NCBI GenBank assembly: GCA_009914755.4
Contig: CP068257.2
Coordinates: forward strand, 31,904,001-31,968,000
Direction: 5' to 3'
Source: the human T2T-CHM13v2.0 reference genome, Homo sapiens
DNA length: 64,000 bases
Shown here piece after piece: positions 37,996 to 53,432 of the stretch; positions within the stretch are counted from its first letter, which is position 1, and the number at the start of each line of letters is the position of its first letter. The notes under the pieces are model-generated. The model did no database searches, had not been told where the DNA came from, and was given only the letters and a program-made list of their open reading frames with translations. The translations under genes and the position numbers were made by a program.

Positions 37996-40900
37996 ATCGG
38001 AGAGGGCAGATCCTCAGGTTCAACACAAGAACTGGATTGGAAAAGGTCATTGTAGGTTGATGTGAGCATCTTGGGTACATAGCCCATTGCCCTTAATGAT
38101 GGTTTCTTACTGTTTCTCTGGGTTGTTTGTCAGATAGCCTTTAATTTTAATTATTTTTCCTTCCCTTTGCTACCTTGGCCCTTTTAAATTCTTGTGTTTA
38201 ACCTAATGCTCAGCCTTGGTACTCCATTCCCTTCTCCTTCCCCTCTTTGCTACTATTAAAAGTCGGAGAAGTGGAATTCAAACGTTGAAATTTCCACGGG
38301 GCTATAGTTGTATCTTAATAATGCCAAGTGTCAAAACAACCCCATTAAAATGCCGCCTGATTAAATAATGTGCTGCTAAATATAGTGCACATGAAAACAG
38401 CAAGACTGTATATATATGTAAATATATATATATATCTGTATCTTTGTATGTATCTCTGTATCTGTACCTTTGCTGTATCTTTTAATAAACAGTTTACTTT
38501 TATTTAACTTGTTGTGCAAAATCACGCTTGGGGGATGTGGGAGGGTGGAGTCTTAATAGGGGGGTGGGAGTTTTAATTACTATAGATTAGTTGTCATCGC
38601 CTCTTGCCCTTGGTTTCCAAAGCCCAGACTTTTGCCAAGGACTGGACTAGGTATCTGATGCCCATCTGGACATTTTTCTTGCAGTTCTTGGATATGTAGA
38701 TCAGAGACACCTGTACTCTTCACTGTAGGTTCCCTTCCTTGGCTTGGCCATATCATCATCTTCCAGTAAACACCTCCAATTCTACAAATAAATCCTGTTT
38801 ATAAAATCAGAAAGTGAACAGAACCCAAATCAGAAACTTTTTGATAGCAGTACTTTTCTCCCCAAGCTATTCACAGCTGACATTTTCACTTTTTTTTTGT
38901 TTGTTTGACCTGCAGCATTTTGAGAGAACAAGTTCTGTACAATGAAGCTGGACATGATAACTAGCCAGTGCAACTTACAGTTACTGGTGATAATCTGTAT
39001 TCCCATGGGATTCAACAAGTGAAGCAAGTTATGCCATCACCAGTTAAGAGGGAGATAGTTGGTTTGGATAATATTTTAGTGAGACCATTTGAGTTGTTAA
39101 TCCCCCAATCAGGCTACCTGCATATCTCAAGAGAGAAAGGTTAACTGACATGTGCAGCTGACTTAATCTTCTTGTAGTAGCTGAATAGAAACCATGATAA
39201 GAGGGTTGAACAGGCTTACTTAGAAATCCTAATATGTATGCTTTTAGTAATTTCCTGCAGTTTAAGCATTTAAAAAAGAGTTGGAAAAAAAAATAGGTAG
39301 GGAGAGAGTCTGTATGACAAATATTTTCCACTGAAGACTTAACAAATATTGCAGAATTCCAAGGGATCTTCCTGAGAAGATAAGTGAGCATAACTGTTTT
39401 GAATTTCTTCGGTTCAATCATGGGGAAAGTGCTTAGTAACTCCTGATGCTTACACTTTTTTGAGAGAGAGAGAGTGTGTGTGTGCGTCTATTTATTTGAA
39501 ATTTAGTACTCAGCCATTTTCAATCTTAACACTGAGTGTGGTGCCTTAGCCTTGTTTGTCATCAAAAGTTGTCAGATTTTAATTAAAGGTTGAGGAGAAT
39601 TATTCTTAAATCTGGTGGGAAAAGTTGATAGAGAAAGGTACTCAAATAATGGTGACATTATTTTTTGTTAAAAAAATTTTTTTTCTTACCAAAGAAGAAT
39701 CCTAGAAGGTAAAATTATTTTACAATTCTTTTCAAAGGGCTAAATGAATAAAGCAGATGATGTCTCTTGTGGGACGATATATGTAACTATTTGATATAAA
39801 ACCTCTTTAAGCTGCTTAGAAGATTAGACTCAAAAGAACATACAGATTAATTCTAAAGAAGAGAATCCCAAAATACAAGGGCAAAGAGGCAGGATTGCCT
39901 TTTGCTTTCATATCTGCACTTTTACCTGGCAATAATGTTAAAATGTGTAGAGGAAATAGTCACAATTTAAAATGTTTAGTTCCAGTTATTTAGTGACCAT
40001 CTAAATATACTATATTGTATATATAGAAGGTAAAAGTAATGAATTTATTATTTATACAATTAGTGTTATATATACCAATGTTGTGAAATACTTTTGGTAA
40101 CACTTCGTGGGAGCATTAACCCTTTTGATTCCTTGTTAGAGTTTGAAATAAAGGCTTCTAGAGTAAAAGGAGATAGTTCTTTTAAATGGTCAACCTTTGA
40201 ACTGAATAGTAATTTTTATCTATGCCTTTTTCATTTTAATAAATATAAATGGAGTTTGTGGTTCTTTGTTGTTGAGCATAAAACATTTAGGCAAAGATCA
40301 CAGATTTTATCTCCATAAGAGGGCTGAATTAGCTTTGCTGTAATCCCTAATCCCACCAATTGTCTTGCATATGAATGCTCTTTGACATGAGTATGAATGG
40401 ATAGACATTGTGGATGAAGCAGCATAAATTCATTTCTTATGGAAAAACAACTCATCAGACTGTGTGCGGTACTGCCATAGCATCGTCTTCATACTCAGAA
40501 ACCAGCCAGCATCATCCTCAGTAAGGAGTGACTACAGAACTTTGACTGTATTTGTGTGAATTTGATTTATAAACAATGAAATAAAATGTTGGAAAACTAA
40601 TATTTTAAAAATAGTCCTCAGGGGCATTAATTCTTGGTAATAAAGTTAGTAGAGGTTTATTGAGTAGAAGATTAGGATGTAATCTTTGACATAAGTGGAG
40701 TAGTAACTACTCAACTATTAGTGTGGAGTTTTCATGGATTTAGTATCAATCAAATGTTTTAGGGGTCCAGAGGTAGTATTGTTAAGGTCTAGTGAATGCT
40801 TAGATGTTAAGATCATCTTTATGTTAAGCAGTTTACTGGTTTGTATTTATCAAATCATATTTCCACATCCCAATGGAATTACAATTTTTTTAAATTTATA

Positions 40901-42405
40901 AGCTCTAAATGTATAGGAAAACTTGGAGAAAAATGAAAATTTTAATTGGAAATTAAACACATAGGTCCCGGCACTGCTAGAATGTGTAATATACAGCCTT
41001 GTTATTCTTTCCTTCCTAGATTCTCTTATGTGGTTAACGCTGAATTTCTCTGAACCATTTAGTAGGTTATCTATTTGTTTTCCCGTTGTACTTCATTTAG
41101 TCTATTATACACTAGAGAATTTTGTATGATACAATAAAAAGATTCGTAATTCACTTTTTAAAGCCAACCAAACACATAACTGGGACATTCTGTGGCTTTT
41201 ATTTTTGTAGTTGTCATTTTGCTCTTGTATGCATTAACCTCTTTATATTTTAATATTTGCTAAATATTCTAAAATCATGTTTTATATACAGGCCAGATGC
41301 TTTTACCTTAGGTCTATTTTCTTATAATTAAAGTTTTCCTTTTATGCCTGCTTTTGAGATATCTGTGATTACCAATAATAGAAAATAATTTTCTGGTTAT
41401 AGGTATTTTCCTTATCTGACTCACCCCATCCTAACAATTATCTTTAGCTCTTTTATATCCTTTCACTGATATTCTAAGAAGTCTCTTAAAATATTGTTCT
41501 TTTTATGTCAACAGTTGTGTTAACAAAAGGAGTAAATGGATTTAGAAGAATTTCCTAAATGAGAAATAAAAATGTAAAAGGCTCACTTAAATGTATTAAT
41601 ATAGGTCATGAAATGCATGTTATATGGTGCCAGTTGCATTATGGTAATTTCATTATGCCTCAGACACCTTTGTAGGTTTTATAAGAAGTAGTTGTCTGCT
41701 TTCTTGCTGAGGGAGAGAGAGTGAAGAATTTGGGCAGTTTTTATTTACCTGAGATTTGTAATTCAGGACACTTTTTATGTAAATTTCACCTTTTAGAGCA
41801 AAGGTGAAAAGTCAGTAAACATTTCCCCCATTATCATACCTAGAATATTACTACAGAATTATTTTTATACACTAGGTAACATGCTAGTCTTATAGTGTAT
41901 TGGTAGAAACTAAGGCTTGTTGGTGACAGCTTGGTAATAGTATTCTACAGATTAAAGATTCTCTTTTTCCCAGTTTTTGGAGGGGCCTTTTACCATCATT
42001 TTGGTGCCTTTCTTATATTTCCAGTTTCTGAATATTAAACGACAGTTAAGATTCTAAAGCTCTATTGTCCAATACAGCAGTTACCAGCCCCTGAAAAATC
42101 AGGTTTTTAATCACACTAGTTACATTTCAAGTGCTCAGTAGTGATCACTGTAAGAAGTTGTACTGGGCAATGCTGCTCTAAAGGGTAGCTGTGGTATTAT
42201 GAGTGTTTCAATACTGATAAGTAACATCGGGTTTGACCCTTAAACATTGCTGCTTTGGGGATTGTATTGGCTTTTTATGCCTCATTGTATAACTTGAGTT
42301 ACCTTGAAAGGCTGGAAACAGGCTTTTTGATGTAAACTTTTGAGGATCTTTATGAGGTTAAGATAATCTTGATTCATTCTACTTTGAGTATATGTTTTCG
42401 CATTA

Positions 42406-42720
<315 letters not shown>

Positions 42721-44996
42721 ATGAAACCAGTAGTCAAATTACTATTTGGTAATACATTTTTGACATGAACTTGCAGCTCCCTTGGTAAGTCTGTTGAAGA
42801 GTAAATGAAGTTTTACTACCTCAGGAAAAACATAGTTGTAATTTTATTTAAATATCAAGGTTGCTATAATAAAATTCCTTTCAGAATCATGAGTTTAATA
42901 TGAAACACTAAGATTTGAAGAGTTTCATTCTGGGGATAAATGGTGAGGCATTTAGGTTAAACGTTTAATAAAGGCTAAGAGAGAAGAACATTCGCAGGTG
43001 TAATAGTTTGCTTTCCACTTGGAAAGAATTAGTTTTATTCTAGAAGTTATATTTTAGAGCCATCTGAATAGATGAGTAGCTAATTTATAGTTGGAAATTA
43101 GGGATCAGGAGTTGGGATAGTGGGTAGACACATTTTCCCCAGTATCCTCAGATTTTAGCCTTGTTAGAATAAAAGCCTATTATTTATGCCTAAGCACCCT
43201 AACACTTAGATTTATAGAGACTGCTAGGAAAAGCAAAGTAAGTGTGAGAAGGTTAATGAGACAGTACTTGTCGCATCTTGTGTGCCTTCAAAAATTACCT
43301 TGATAATCCTACCTGACAAAACATCTTAAGGTAGGCCTAGGGGGACATGAATTTTCACCTGAAATATCTGCATTCTCATTAAAGTCCCAGGAATCAAACA
43401 GACTTAAGTGAAAGATGACATACTAAGTTTCTTAGTGTTTCAATCTCACTTTGCTTAGATTAATATTTCTAATAGGTCTTAGAATTGTTCTAATTTGTGT
43501 GATGATTTACTTAAATCAACTTAGCGAAATTACAGTTGAGAGATTCAATTTGAAAGATGCATTCTGCAGTTGATTAGACTGTTTATAGATCTCTAGAAAG
43601 ATTTATATATTAACATAAACAGTCTTAATTACAGAAAGGATTAATTTTGTTTTCATTTTAAGAAGGCATTGTATCAGAATCCATACTTAAAGAAAAACCT
43701 TGAGTTAGCTAAAGGAATATTAGTTTATTAGCAAGGTAACTAAGAATTATGGAGGATTAGGGGTTCTGAAGGTAAGAAAGATTTGTGAATCCTTATGCAT
43801 GAGTTATAATTATTCTCATAGTCATACAGCCTTCTCTACTAGACAGGTCTTATTCTTAAGAGAAGTCTTTTATACATGATACATAGTCTTAATTACAGCT
43901 AGCCTCTACTTGTAAAAAAGAAAATCCTTAGCCGTTAGCTATTTACTGACTTCCCCGTATTTGTTATGTTCATGCAGTGTCTACTTATTCTTTGTATATG
44001 AAAACAGCAAAATCTTCCATGTCAGATAAGCATTTTACAAAAATGAATTTTCTTGTGTGAGATAACTAGGAAATAATAATAATGTTAAAAGAAGGACAAA
44101 AACCAAGAAATGAGTTGATAAAAATCAACTCGAGCTTTTAATTTTAGAACAAAAAAAATAACAAATACTTATCTTGATGTGTTTTTCATTCTGTGGTTAA
44201 ACCTTCCACAAATCTGACAAATTAAGAATTGGCTCCAAAGATTACTTTGAAAAAAAAAGTTTCTTCCACTTGCCGTAAGGTTTTAAAAGGTAGAATATGA
44301 GCTTTGAAAAGAAACAAAAGTGTTTCAGTTGATGTTATGGACTTCCACAGAAATATTGTAATTATAAATAGTGTAATATACTTAATATAAGTAATAAGTG
44401 TGTATAAACTGAAAACATGGTTCATTTATTTATATCCTGAATATATTGTTTAAAGAAATTGGGTTCTTAAGACCAAAGTGTCCACAACTGGAAGATGTTA
44501 AAGATACGCTGATGAGTAAAGGAGTGATCATAGTGGTTTTCTGCTTGCTTGTTCAGTAATTTTGCTTACTGCTCTTGAAGGTTATGCTAATGAGTAAAAT
44601 GAAAACTGCTAAGGAATGTAATAACCTTACCACAGTTCAAAAAATTTGCAGTTTACTATAAATGGCTTTCAATCATGAAGAGTAGCGAGTTTTAAGTTCT
44701 TAATGGAACTTTCTATGATTATAGTTTGATATATATATATAATAGAAAATTGACTAAATTCAGTCAGATTTTGGGTTCAGTTCTGCGACCTGTGTGATAC
44801 TTTGTAATTTATCTTAATCCTCTTCTGTTTTCCAAGATTACTTTCTCTTTCTGAGTCTTCTCCCTGTTTTCCAAGATTATTAGTATTATAAGACTATTAT
44901 TTTGTTTTTGATATGTAGCAACTAAAGATATGAGTACTTTTCAGAATTTAGGGGACTATGGTAATTTGAGATAATTATCTCTGTTTTCTTTCTTAG

Positions 44997-45107
44997 CCTG
45001 TGGACATCTCTACAGCAATGAGTGAACGGGCACTTGCTCAGAAAAGACTCAGTGAGAATGCATTTGATCTTGAAGCCATGAGCATGTTAAATAGAGCTCA
45101 GGAAAGG
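44997..45107 (+). CDS. SON: SON exon 7 (PVDISTAMSERALAQKRLSENAFDLEAMSMLNRAQER)
   Basis: ORF 45000..45188(+). Acceptor tttcttag| at 44995-96, donor AGG|gtatgt at 45108. 111 nt. Confidence 0.9.
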
Positions 45108-45475
45108 GTATGTAGCAGTTTTTTAAAAAAAATTATTATTTACCATCAGCCAACTCACACCAATGTACCAGTTTTAATGTCTAAATAAGAATTTTGCTAA
45201 CTAGATGGTTGAGTTGTAACATCCTTTACCTTATTTTCAATGTCTTATTTTAAATGAAAGTGATTCGAGGCCTGATCATTTATTCAATAAATGTTTATTG
45301 TTTACTATGTGGCAGGAACTGTTTCTTGAGAGAACAAAATAGAAAAATTTCCCTGTCCTCACAGAGTTTACAATCTGGTGTATAAAAACAACTAAGTGCC
45401 TACAACCCTATGAAATGTGTAGGTATTAATAGTTGCCATATTTCAGCCGAGAAAACTGAAGTAAAGGGTGGTTAA

Positions 45476-45760
<285 letters not shown>

Positions 45761-46049
45761 AAGAGTGATTAAGTGATATCCATAGTCACACAACTAATTA
45801 GTGGGGGAACTGGGATTCAAACCCAAGCAATCTGAATCTGGAGTCTGTGCTTTTAACAATGGACAGCCTCTCCATTTCATTTCTACTGTTTTATGGTAAA
45901 TCAGTAAGTACATGTTCAGACAGGAAATACATTGCTGACAGTGCAAGGTGTTTAGTAAATCTAATTTGTGTGAATGACAGCTGATCTTTATCACAACAAA
46001 TGTTGGTGACTGAAAAAAAGTATACAAGCTTCTTTAAAAAGTTGTTTTA

Positions 46050-46360
<311 letters not shown>

Positions 46361-46810
46361 TCAAGTGGACAGTTTCCTACATTTAAACTCTTTAAACCTG
46401 TGTCATGAATTTAGTCTGTATAAATGTCTCAAAGGAAGTAATTAAGAATCCAGGCTGTCATGACATGTATTACAATACATTTGTATGAGATAGGAAGGGA
46501 GGGTGGGGACCCATTGTCATATGAGCTCTTTTTTGCATTTTTAGTGTATCTGTGTGATAGTTTGAAGAATATTAACAGCTGTATTTTTTAGTAGCTGTGC
46601 TTTTAGATACATTTCAAAATCTTATTAATGGGATTCACTAAATGTTGTCAAACTGCTTCTTTAGAAAGTTTAGGCAAACATTTAATGTTAAATATGTTTT
46701 AAAAGTTAAATATTTAAGTCTGCTTTTCAGCCATTTTTAGTGAATTATTACCAGTGATGTTTTAATCAGGTAATTTTACTTAGTTAACTGAGACTACTTC
46801 TTTTCTTCAG

Positions 46811-46927
46811 ATTGATGCCTGGGCTCAGCTGAACTCTATTCCTGGCCAGTTCACAGGAAGTACAGGAGTACAGGTTTTGACACAAGAACAGTTGGCCAAT
46901 ACTGGTGCCCAAGCCTGGATTAAAAAG
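46811..46927 (+). CDS. SON: SON exon 8 (IDAWAQLNSIPGQFTGSTGVQVLTQEQLANTGAQAWIKK)
   Basis: Acceptor ttttcttcag| at 46809-10, donor AAG|gtacac at 46928. 117 nt. Confidence 0.9.
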
Positions 46928-47274
46928 GTACACAGTATATGCACATATGAAAGTGTCGAACAAAAAGTTTAAATTTTTTGGAAACTGTTTATTAAAACTG
47001 CATGAAAAGACCAGTGACTCTAACCAAAGTTCCAAGTAAATTTGCTATGTGTATATGCTCCAGGGCGGACACTGAAGACGGACTGGATTCATGAGAAAAT
47101 GGCAAATGTATAAATGTGGCTCAAGAGCCACTAACTTATAAGGTTATTTTAAAAATTGTTACTGCTGCTTTTGAAGGGGTGATTTAACTTTATTTTGAAC
47201 GCTAATAGTGTATCAGGTGCTGTTCAGAATATTCCACAGTTCCTGCTGGACTACTAACCTAATCATTTCAAAGC

Positions 47275-47703
47275 AGTGGTTCTCAAATTTTTCTTCATCA
47301 TGGGATACTTTATTACAGGTTTATTTTTAGTGGATCACTGCCCCCAAGAGCCCTCTACCACCTTAATTTTCCATTCCTCTATTCCTTTGCCCTCGCACCC
47401 CACCCGCTTCATTAGTGCCTGTGCCTTCTTGTAAGATCTCTTGGCCCCCGTTCCTCACTCCTCTTGTGACCTGTAGCCCCAGGACCTTTTGGTTGTCAGC
47501 TGCTGGTTACAGCAAGTGGTTGGGAGGCCCTAGTATTAGCTCTGCATGTGGTGATCTTGCCATGGGACTGGAAGCCTGAGGGAGGATGGCTGGAGTGGGG
47601 TGGGCTGTGGTGAAGGGGATGGGATGGAGATTAATCTGTGGACCACCATTTAGGCCCTAGTGGCCTCTGGTGATCCACAGGCTCAATTTGAGAACCACTA
47701 ATT
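47275..47703. mobile_element. hAT-type nonautonomous DNA transposon (MER5/MER20-like MITE) with about 15-bp TIRs
   Basis: Left end is cagtggttctcaaat and right end is atttgagaaccacta, the characteristic CAGTGGTTCTCAA hAT-Charlie terminus. The flanking atttca(a/t)g looks like a degraded 8-bp TSD. Confidence 0.55.
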
Positions 47704-47944
47704 TCATGACAAAACAGATATGTAAGACCTAAAATCAAGGGAGAGAATGGACGCCTCGTGCTACGAAGATGTAGGTGCATCTGGTTTCAGATTCTGCAGT
47801 GAGACCTGTGAACTCCACCTACGGCTGCCTCATCATTGGGGGAGTCTTAGGTGGCTAAGAAGGGCATTCTGAAGAAACGCGTTGTGGTGAAGGGACAAAG
47901 CTTGGTTGGATGGGTGATGGGAAATTTGTTACAGGAGTACTGGC

Positions 47945-48150
47945 AGCATAGCAGTGCTGAAACTGGGAGGCCGCGTGGTCTAATGGATTGGGAAGGTTTC
48001 TTTATCCTGTTGTACTCCTGACTCCTTGTGTAATCATGGGCAAGTAACTCTTTGGAATTTCAAAGTCTCTGAGGTGTCTAGTGGTAATCAGTAACGTGAT
48101 GGTTACCTATAGAGAGTTGCTATGAGTGCCAGTGAATGAGCTGAATTTCT
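47945..48150. mobile_element. MIR (mammalian-wide interspersed repeat) SINE fragment
   Basis: gtggtctaatgg...ttgtgtaatcatgggcaagtaactctttggaatttcaaagtctctgagg matches the MIR core tgtgaccttgggcaagtcacttaacctctctgagcctcag. Confidence 0.6.
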
Positions 48151-51145
48151 GAAAAATGAGACATTGGTTGCTTTGTGTATTTTAATCTTGTAACATTTAT
48201 TTCAATTTTGATAGCTTTATCTTTGTTGATCTTACTAACAAATTAATATGAAACATCATGTATACTCATTATGCCTGCCTTTTTTTGGGAAGTAGTTGCA
48301 CTGATGTGTATAGTGAGTACACAGTTAGATTCATTAAGAAATTACAATTTCTGCAGTTTGCTGAGGGTTGGTGTTAGAATAAAGGGTGAAAATGTATATA
48401 GCAAAATATTTTAAAGATTGGATTAATCTTGGACTTCTATATTATAGTTACTATGAAAGTGATTTATATAATATTTGAAAAAATGTCTTTCATCTTTGGA
48501 AGAACTATAAATGTACATCTATTTCTTTAGTTTTAATTCTTTAATACTATTTAGTCTTGAAGCTAAGTACTCAGCCAGTATTTCAGGAAGTTAGAAATAA
48601 AGCTTATGGGTGTTAAAATAGGCACATAATACAGAGTCATGTACACTGCTAGGTAGAAACTTCTGAATGTGCTTCCATTACAAAATTTTGGTCTTTATCT
48701 AATGATGTGCTGATCCATAATGTTTGTATACTTATAAATGTGTTAATAACTTAAATAACTTTTAAAAAGTGAATCTTTTACTGACTCAATTGGTTTTCCC
48801 CTAAAATAATTTCTTCTGGTATTTGCAGTCTTGTAGGCAGTTAACAGACTTTAATAACTTTAAAATGTTTAGTAGCACCTTGAAAAAAGGCTTCAACTTT
48901 ATATTTTATGTAAGATATACTTTGGGAAGCAAATTATTTTGATAAATTATGAGATAAAGATATGTTCAGACCAAATTTTAAATTATAGATAAAAGTAGCA
49001 CTTAAAGGAAAAGATTCATTTGTATAGAATTACTGAAGAATATTTGATGCTAGTATCAACTAAAAAAGAAACTTTTGAAAATTAAAAATGGGCCACAACA
49101 TGTAGAAGTCATTAGGCAGCTGAAAATTTAGGATGTATGATCCATGTTAAATATCACAAATATTGTCTACTCATTAAATGTTTAGTTGTGTTTAGAAAAC
49201 CTGTCAAACGATCATTTTGGCTCTTCTTTAGTATAGTCCAGCATCTGCCTTATGTGTTAAAAAACACATGGAATACCAACATCCTCCGTGTTCTTTTTAG
49301 TTTGTTGCAGTGTATTTTTAGATTACAAAAAAAGCAAAGTTTTATCAGTAGTCTCATTAATCAGTAAAACATTTAAAGTAGTTCGTTTAAAAGAAATTTT
49401 ATTTCTAGAATGGAATGATTTGGATGTGACCTGATAAATACAGTTTGTTATTGTGGTCTCATTAAATTAATCAGCTTTTTCACACTGGGGTAAAGAAACA
49501 GATGATGATACTAGGGAATGGAAACAAAATTGGAAACCTGGGTTATTTGGGGATTTATATTGTACTCTGCACAGTTGCCCTTTTTTTTAGGCGTGTTCCC
49601 TGGAAAAGAGGGACGGATGAACCTGGAAGTAAGTAAAAGACATTCTAGGTGTGTAGCATCAAGGCAGTTAATATCCAAGCATCAGCTTTCTCTTTATACA
49701 TCTACACTGCATGGCCTGCACCAAATAAGGAACTGAACCAGGGGTATGTTTTTACCTCCACAGCTGCCTCCTTCCATCAGAGCACCTTGATGAACTTAAT
49801 GTCTAGTCACACGTCATTGGCATGTTTTCTCCCCAGCATTTAATTACAAAGCTGGGAAACAAAAGATGATAGATACAGTTTTACTACTGCATACAAACAT
49901 TTCTTTTTTACATTCAGTATTAACTTATCAATATAGGAGATGTGCATACTATTTCCTGAGCTACTGAAGTTTTTTTACTCTCTCTGTTGATAAGTTAATG
50001 ACTTTTGCTATATTATATATTTATATATATATATATATATATTTGGTAAGAGAACATAAAAACCTAAAATTTAGTAACAAGGGGAAAATAAAGCATGATT
50101 TGGAGATATGTTTCAAATTTTTAAAAAATGACCATAAAGATCAACAGTACAACTTAATACTGTTTGCTATATGTACATGGATGCCCTTTAATAAGAGGCA
50201 TTGAATATTTCTTAACCTGTAAAAATAACTGTTGACCATGCTAATGTATATATACTTGTGCATCTTAGGACATTAAGTGGTTTGCTGCTTTGATGGAAAT
50301 TATGGTTCAGTGGGTTGGATACAAGAGAGATGACTGTTCACAGAATAACCTGTGAACTTTCACCCCTCTGTATGGAAACTTGTTTCAGGGCCAAATCCTT
50401 GTAGCTGTCTTCTTGCCCCGGTCAGTGCCAGCCGTACTATTCACAACACTGCTGCTACCGAGGCCTAGGTATGTAAACATTTAAGGAGTTTTTTAAAAGT
50501 CTTTTAACATCAAGCTAGGTTTTAAAAGAATTCAAATTCATTTTGGCATACTTACAGGATATTTTATGTGATTGTTTTCTATTTGTTACTGTGTAAATTT
50601 CAAGAGTTTTTTTTTTTTTTTCTGCTTTAGGGATTTTCTAAGTAAAATATTTATACTTGCTTTATAGTAGAATGGGGAAGAAAACTTTGGATGACAACAG
50701 TATGCTTCTTCAGTGTCTAAACTATTTCTAAGTGATTTCTGGGCTTTATTCATAAACTAGGTACACCTGGGACAATTAATATCATTGATTGTTTTAACAT
50801 TGCCTTCTTTTTATTTTGCAAGCTAAGAAGAGATACCAGTGAACCTAAATAGTGGACGAAAACAGGAGTGTTCTAATTTTTTTTTTTTGAGGGGGGCACG
50901 AGGGCTACTGTTTCAAAACTGCCATTTACTTGTCTTATTTGACTTCCAAAATACTATTACGTTAATGTGCAAATAATCAGAACATACACACTACAGTATG
51001 TATAAAGTATAGAGGAATTTACATTTAATTGCTATAACAGATCTAGAAGTAAAGTAAGATTCCTCTTTTTAGAAAGTAAACAATGAATCTGTCACCAAGT
51101 TCTAACTGTAAAATGGGGACATTTTACCTTTCTTTCTTTGGATAG

Positions 51146-51293
51146 GATCAGTTCTTAAGAGCAGCCCCGGTAACTGGAGGAATGGGAGCCGTTTTGATGA
51201 GAAAAATGGGCTGGAGAGAAGGAGAAGGATTAGGAAAAAACAAAGAAGGCAACAAGGAACCCATCCTAGTTGATTTTAAGACAGACCGAAAAG
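51146..51293 (+). CDS. SON: SON exon 9 (DQFLRAAPVTGGMGAVLMRKMGWREGEGLGKNKEGNKEPILVDFKTDRK(G); G-patch)
   Basis: Acceptor tttggatag| at 51144-45, donor AAA G|gtaaca at 51294. The G-patch motif GWREGEGLGK is recognisable. Confidence 0.9.
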
Positions 51294-52880
51294 GTAACAA
51301 GTTCTTTTTTGGAATGTTTATTAACGTCTCCTTTAACATTACCTTTAATATATCCTTTTGAACCCAGTGATACTGAACTGAAGGCACTTCTTGTATATAT
51401 ACAGGTATTTGTCAGAAAAAACATTAACCCCTTTTGGGGTTCACAGAGCAGCTTATTTTTATATAACTATGGATAGAGACACCAGTTTGAACTTTTAAAA
51501 GGCACCTTTTGTTATGCTAGTTGCTAAATATGGAAATGTGTATATATCTAATTTTATTATTACACCTCCAAATTCAACTGGATTTCATGTTTAGAAAACA
51601 GGATTTCCATTTTATTTTCTCTTGACAAGGAACCATCCTTTTTTCTAGAGTTTAGTTTATTTTTTGTTAGATATTTTAGCACATCTTCATTATTTCCTAT
51701 TACAATACTGTTTAGTCTAGATTTCATAAACCCTGTTTGCTTTTTTCTTCCAAGCTCAGTAGTTAAGTTGGGTTAGAGTATAGTAGACCAGCTGCTGACA
51801 ATAATGTTACTTCTTCCTGTTGCCTTGTGTTAAGGCATCTTGGAACTGTTAGCATTGACTGTATTTTCCTTTTACCTTCAGATACCTGGGCAGGGCAGCA
51901 CTGTGTCTTCTATGTAGCTTGTATGTAGTTGCTAAGTATTTAATCATTCCCACAGATGATAGCTAATTGGCGTCTTTTAAATAACTTCTTCCCTTGGAAT
52001 AATGTAAGTGGAATCATGAGAGGCTTGCCAGCTCAGTATGATTTTTGTATAGCTTGTTTAAACCTCATTTATAAAAGCTGACAAATGTAAAACTGGGATT
52101 TATTTTCATCTTTGTAATCAAACAGTAAGTTGAAGCTAACTTCAATAGTTAAACTGTCTTAATGAATTTGGAAATGAACTAGCTCTGCACCAAATACTTT
52201 GATGTTAAGTATTGTACAATTTCAGGAAGCATTGTCCTTGGAATTGTGGGACATGGCCTGACTGTAAGCTCTCAGAGAACCACAGATTTCCCAGGATAGG
52301 TTTAGAAAAGCTTATATTAGCATGGAATTATTTAGCAAAGGTTGAAAAATTTCCTGTAACATACAGGATGAGCATCCCACATCTGGAAACCTGAAATGCT
52401 TTAAAACAGAAAACTTTTTGAATACTGATATGATGCTCAAAGGAAATACTCATTGGTGCATTTTGGATTTCAGCCTCTTCAGATTTGGGATGCTTGACCG
52501 CTAAATACAATGCAAATATTTGAAAACCTGGAATCAACCAACACACTTCTGGTCCCAAGCATTTTGGATAAGGAATACTCAACCTGTATATGAATTGGGA
52601 AAGCAGTGTTTGGGTTTAGCAATGTAGCTAATCCCCTTTGTAATAAGTCTATGGAGAGAGAGGTTATGTAGAAAGGTTATGTTCATATTTTGAGAACATC
52701 TCCCATTTGTTAGGAAGGGAGAGGAGAGTTTGCTAGGAAAAAAGGGACCTATTTTATTTGGAGACAACCGTTTTCACCTTTTTGGTGGCTTAAAATCCTA
52801 ACCTTTTTTGGAAGAGTCTTAACTGAAGCTTATTTTTTTAAGAGACAGTAAATCTGCAGAAATCACTTGGCAATAAGCTA

Positions 52881-53172
52881 TTTTTTTTCTTTTTTTGAGA
52901 TGGAGTTTTGCTCGTTGCCCAGGCTGTCAGTGGCACGATCTTTACTCACTGCAACCTTCGCTTCCAGGTTCAAGCGATTCTCCTGCCCCAGCCTCCCGAG
53001 TAGCTGGGATTACAGGCGCGCACCACCACGCCCGGCTAATTTTTGTTTCTTTAGTAGAGACGGGGTTTCACCATGTTGGCCAGGCTGGTCTCAGACTCTT
53101 GACCTCAGGAGATCCACCCGCCTCGGCCTCCCAAAGTGCTGGGATTACAGGCATGAGCCACTGTGCCTGGCC
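52881..53172 (-). mobile_element. Alu
   Basis: ttttgagatggagttttgctcgttgcccaggctgtcagtggcacgatc ... ccactgtgcctggcc. Confidence 0.9.
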
Positions 53173-53432
53173 ATACTTAACTTTTTGTTTTCTGTTTACA
53201 TTTGGTATTTATTACAATTTCTCATACCAAGATCTATGAATATTAAATATAAATTTATATGCTGAAAAACAGTAAAAGAGAAGAAAGAGAAGATTGATAG
53301 AGAAATCGAGTGTACTAGGAATCTGCTGATTTTATTTGAAGGCATACATTTTGAGGTTCAGACTCCTACAGAGGGATCTTTGTTTTAAAGTGGTGCTTTG
53401 AAATTTATTTAGTGAACAATTTTTTTTTAAAG

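Noticed and set aside
38400-38470. AT/GT-rich simple sequence (tatatatatgtaaatatatatatatatctgtatctttgtatgtatctctgtatctgtacc)
   Set aside because: It is an ordinary composite microsatellite and nothing more.
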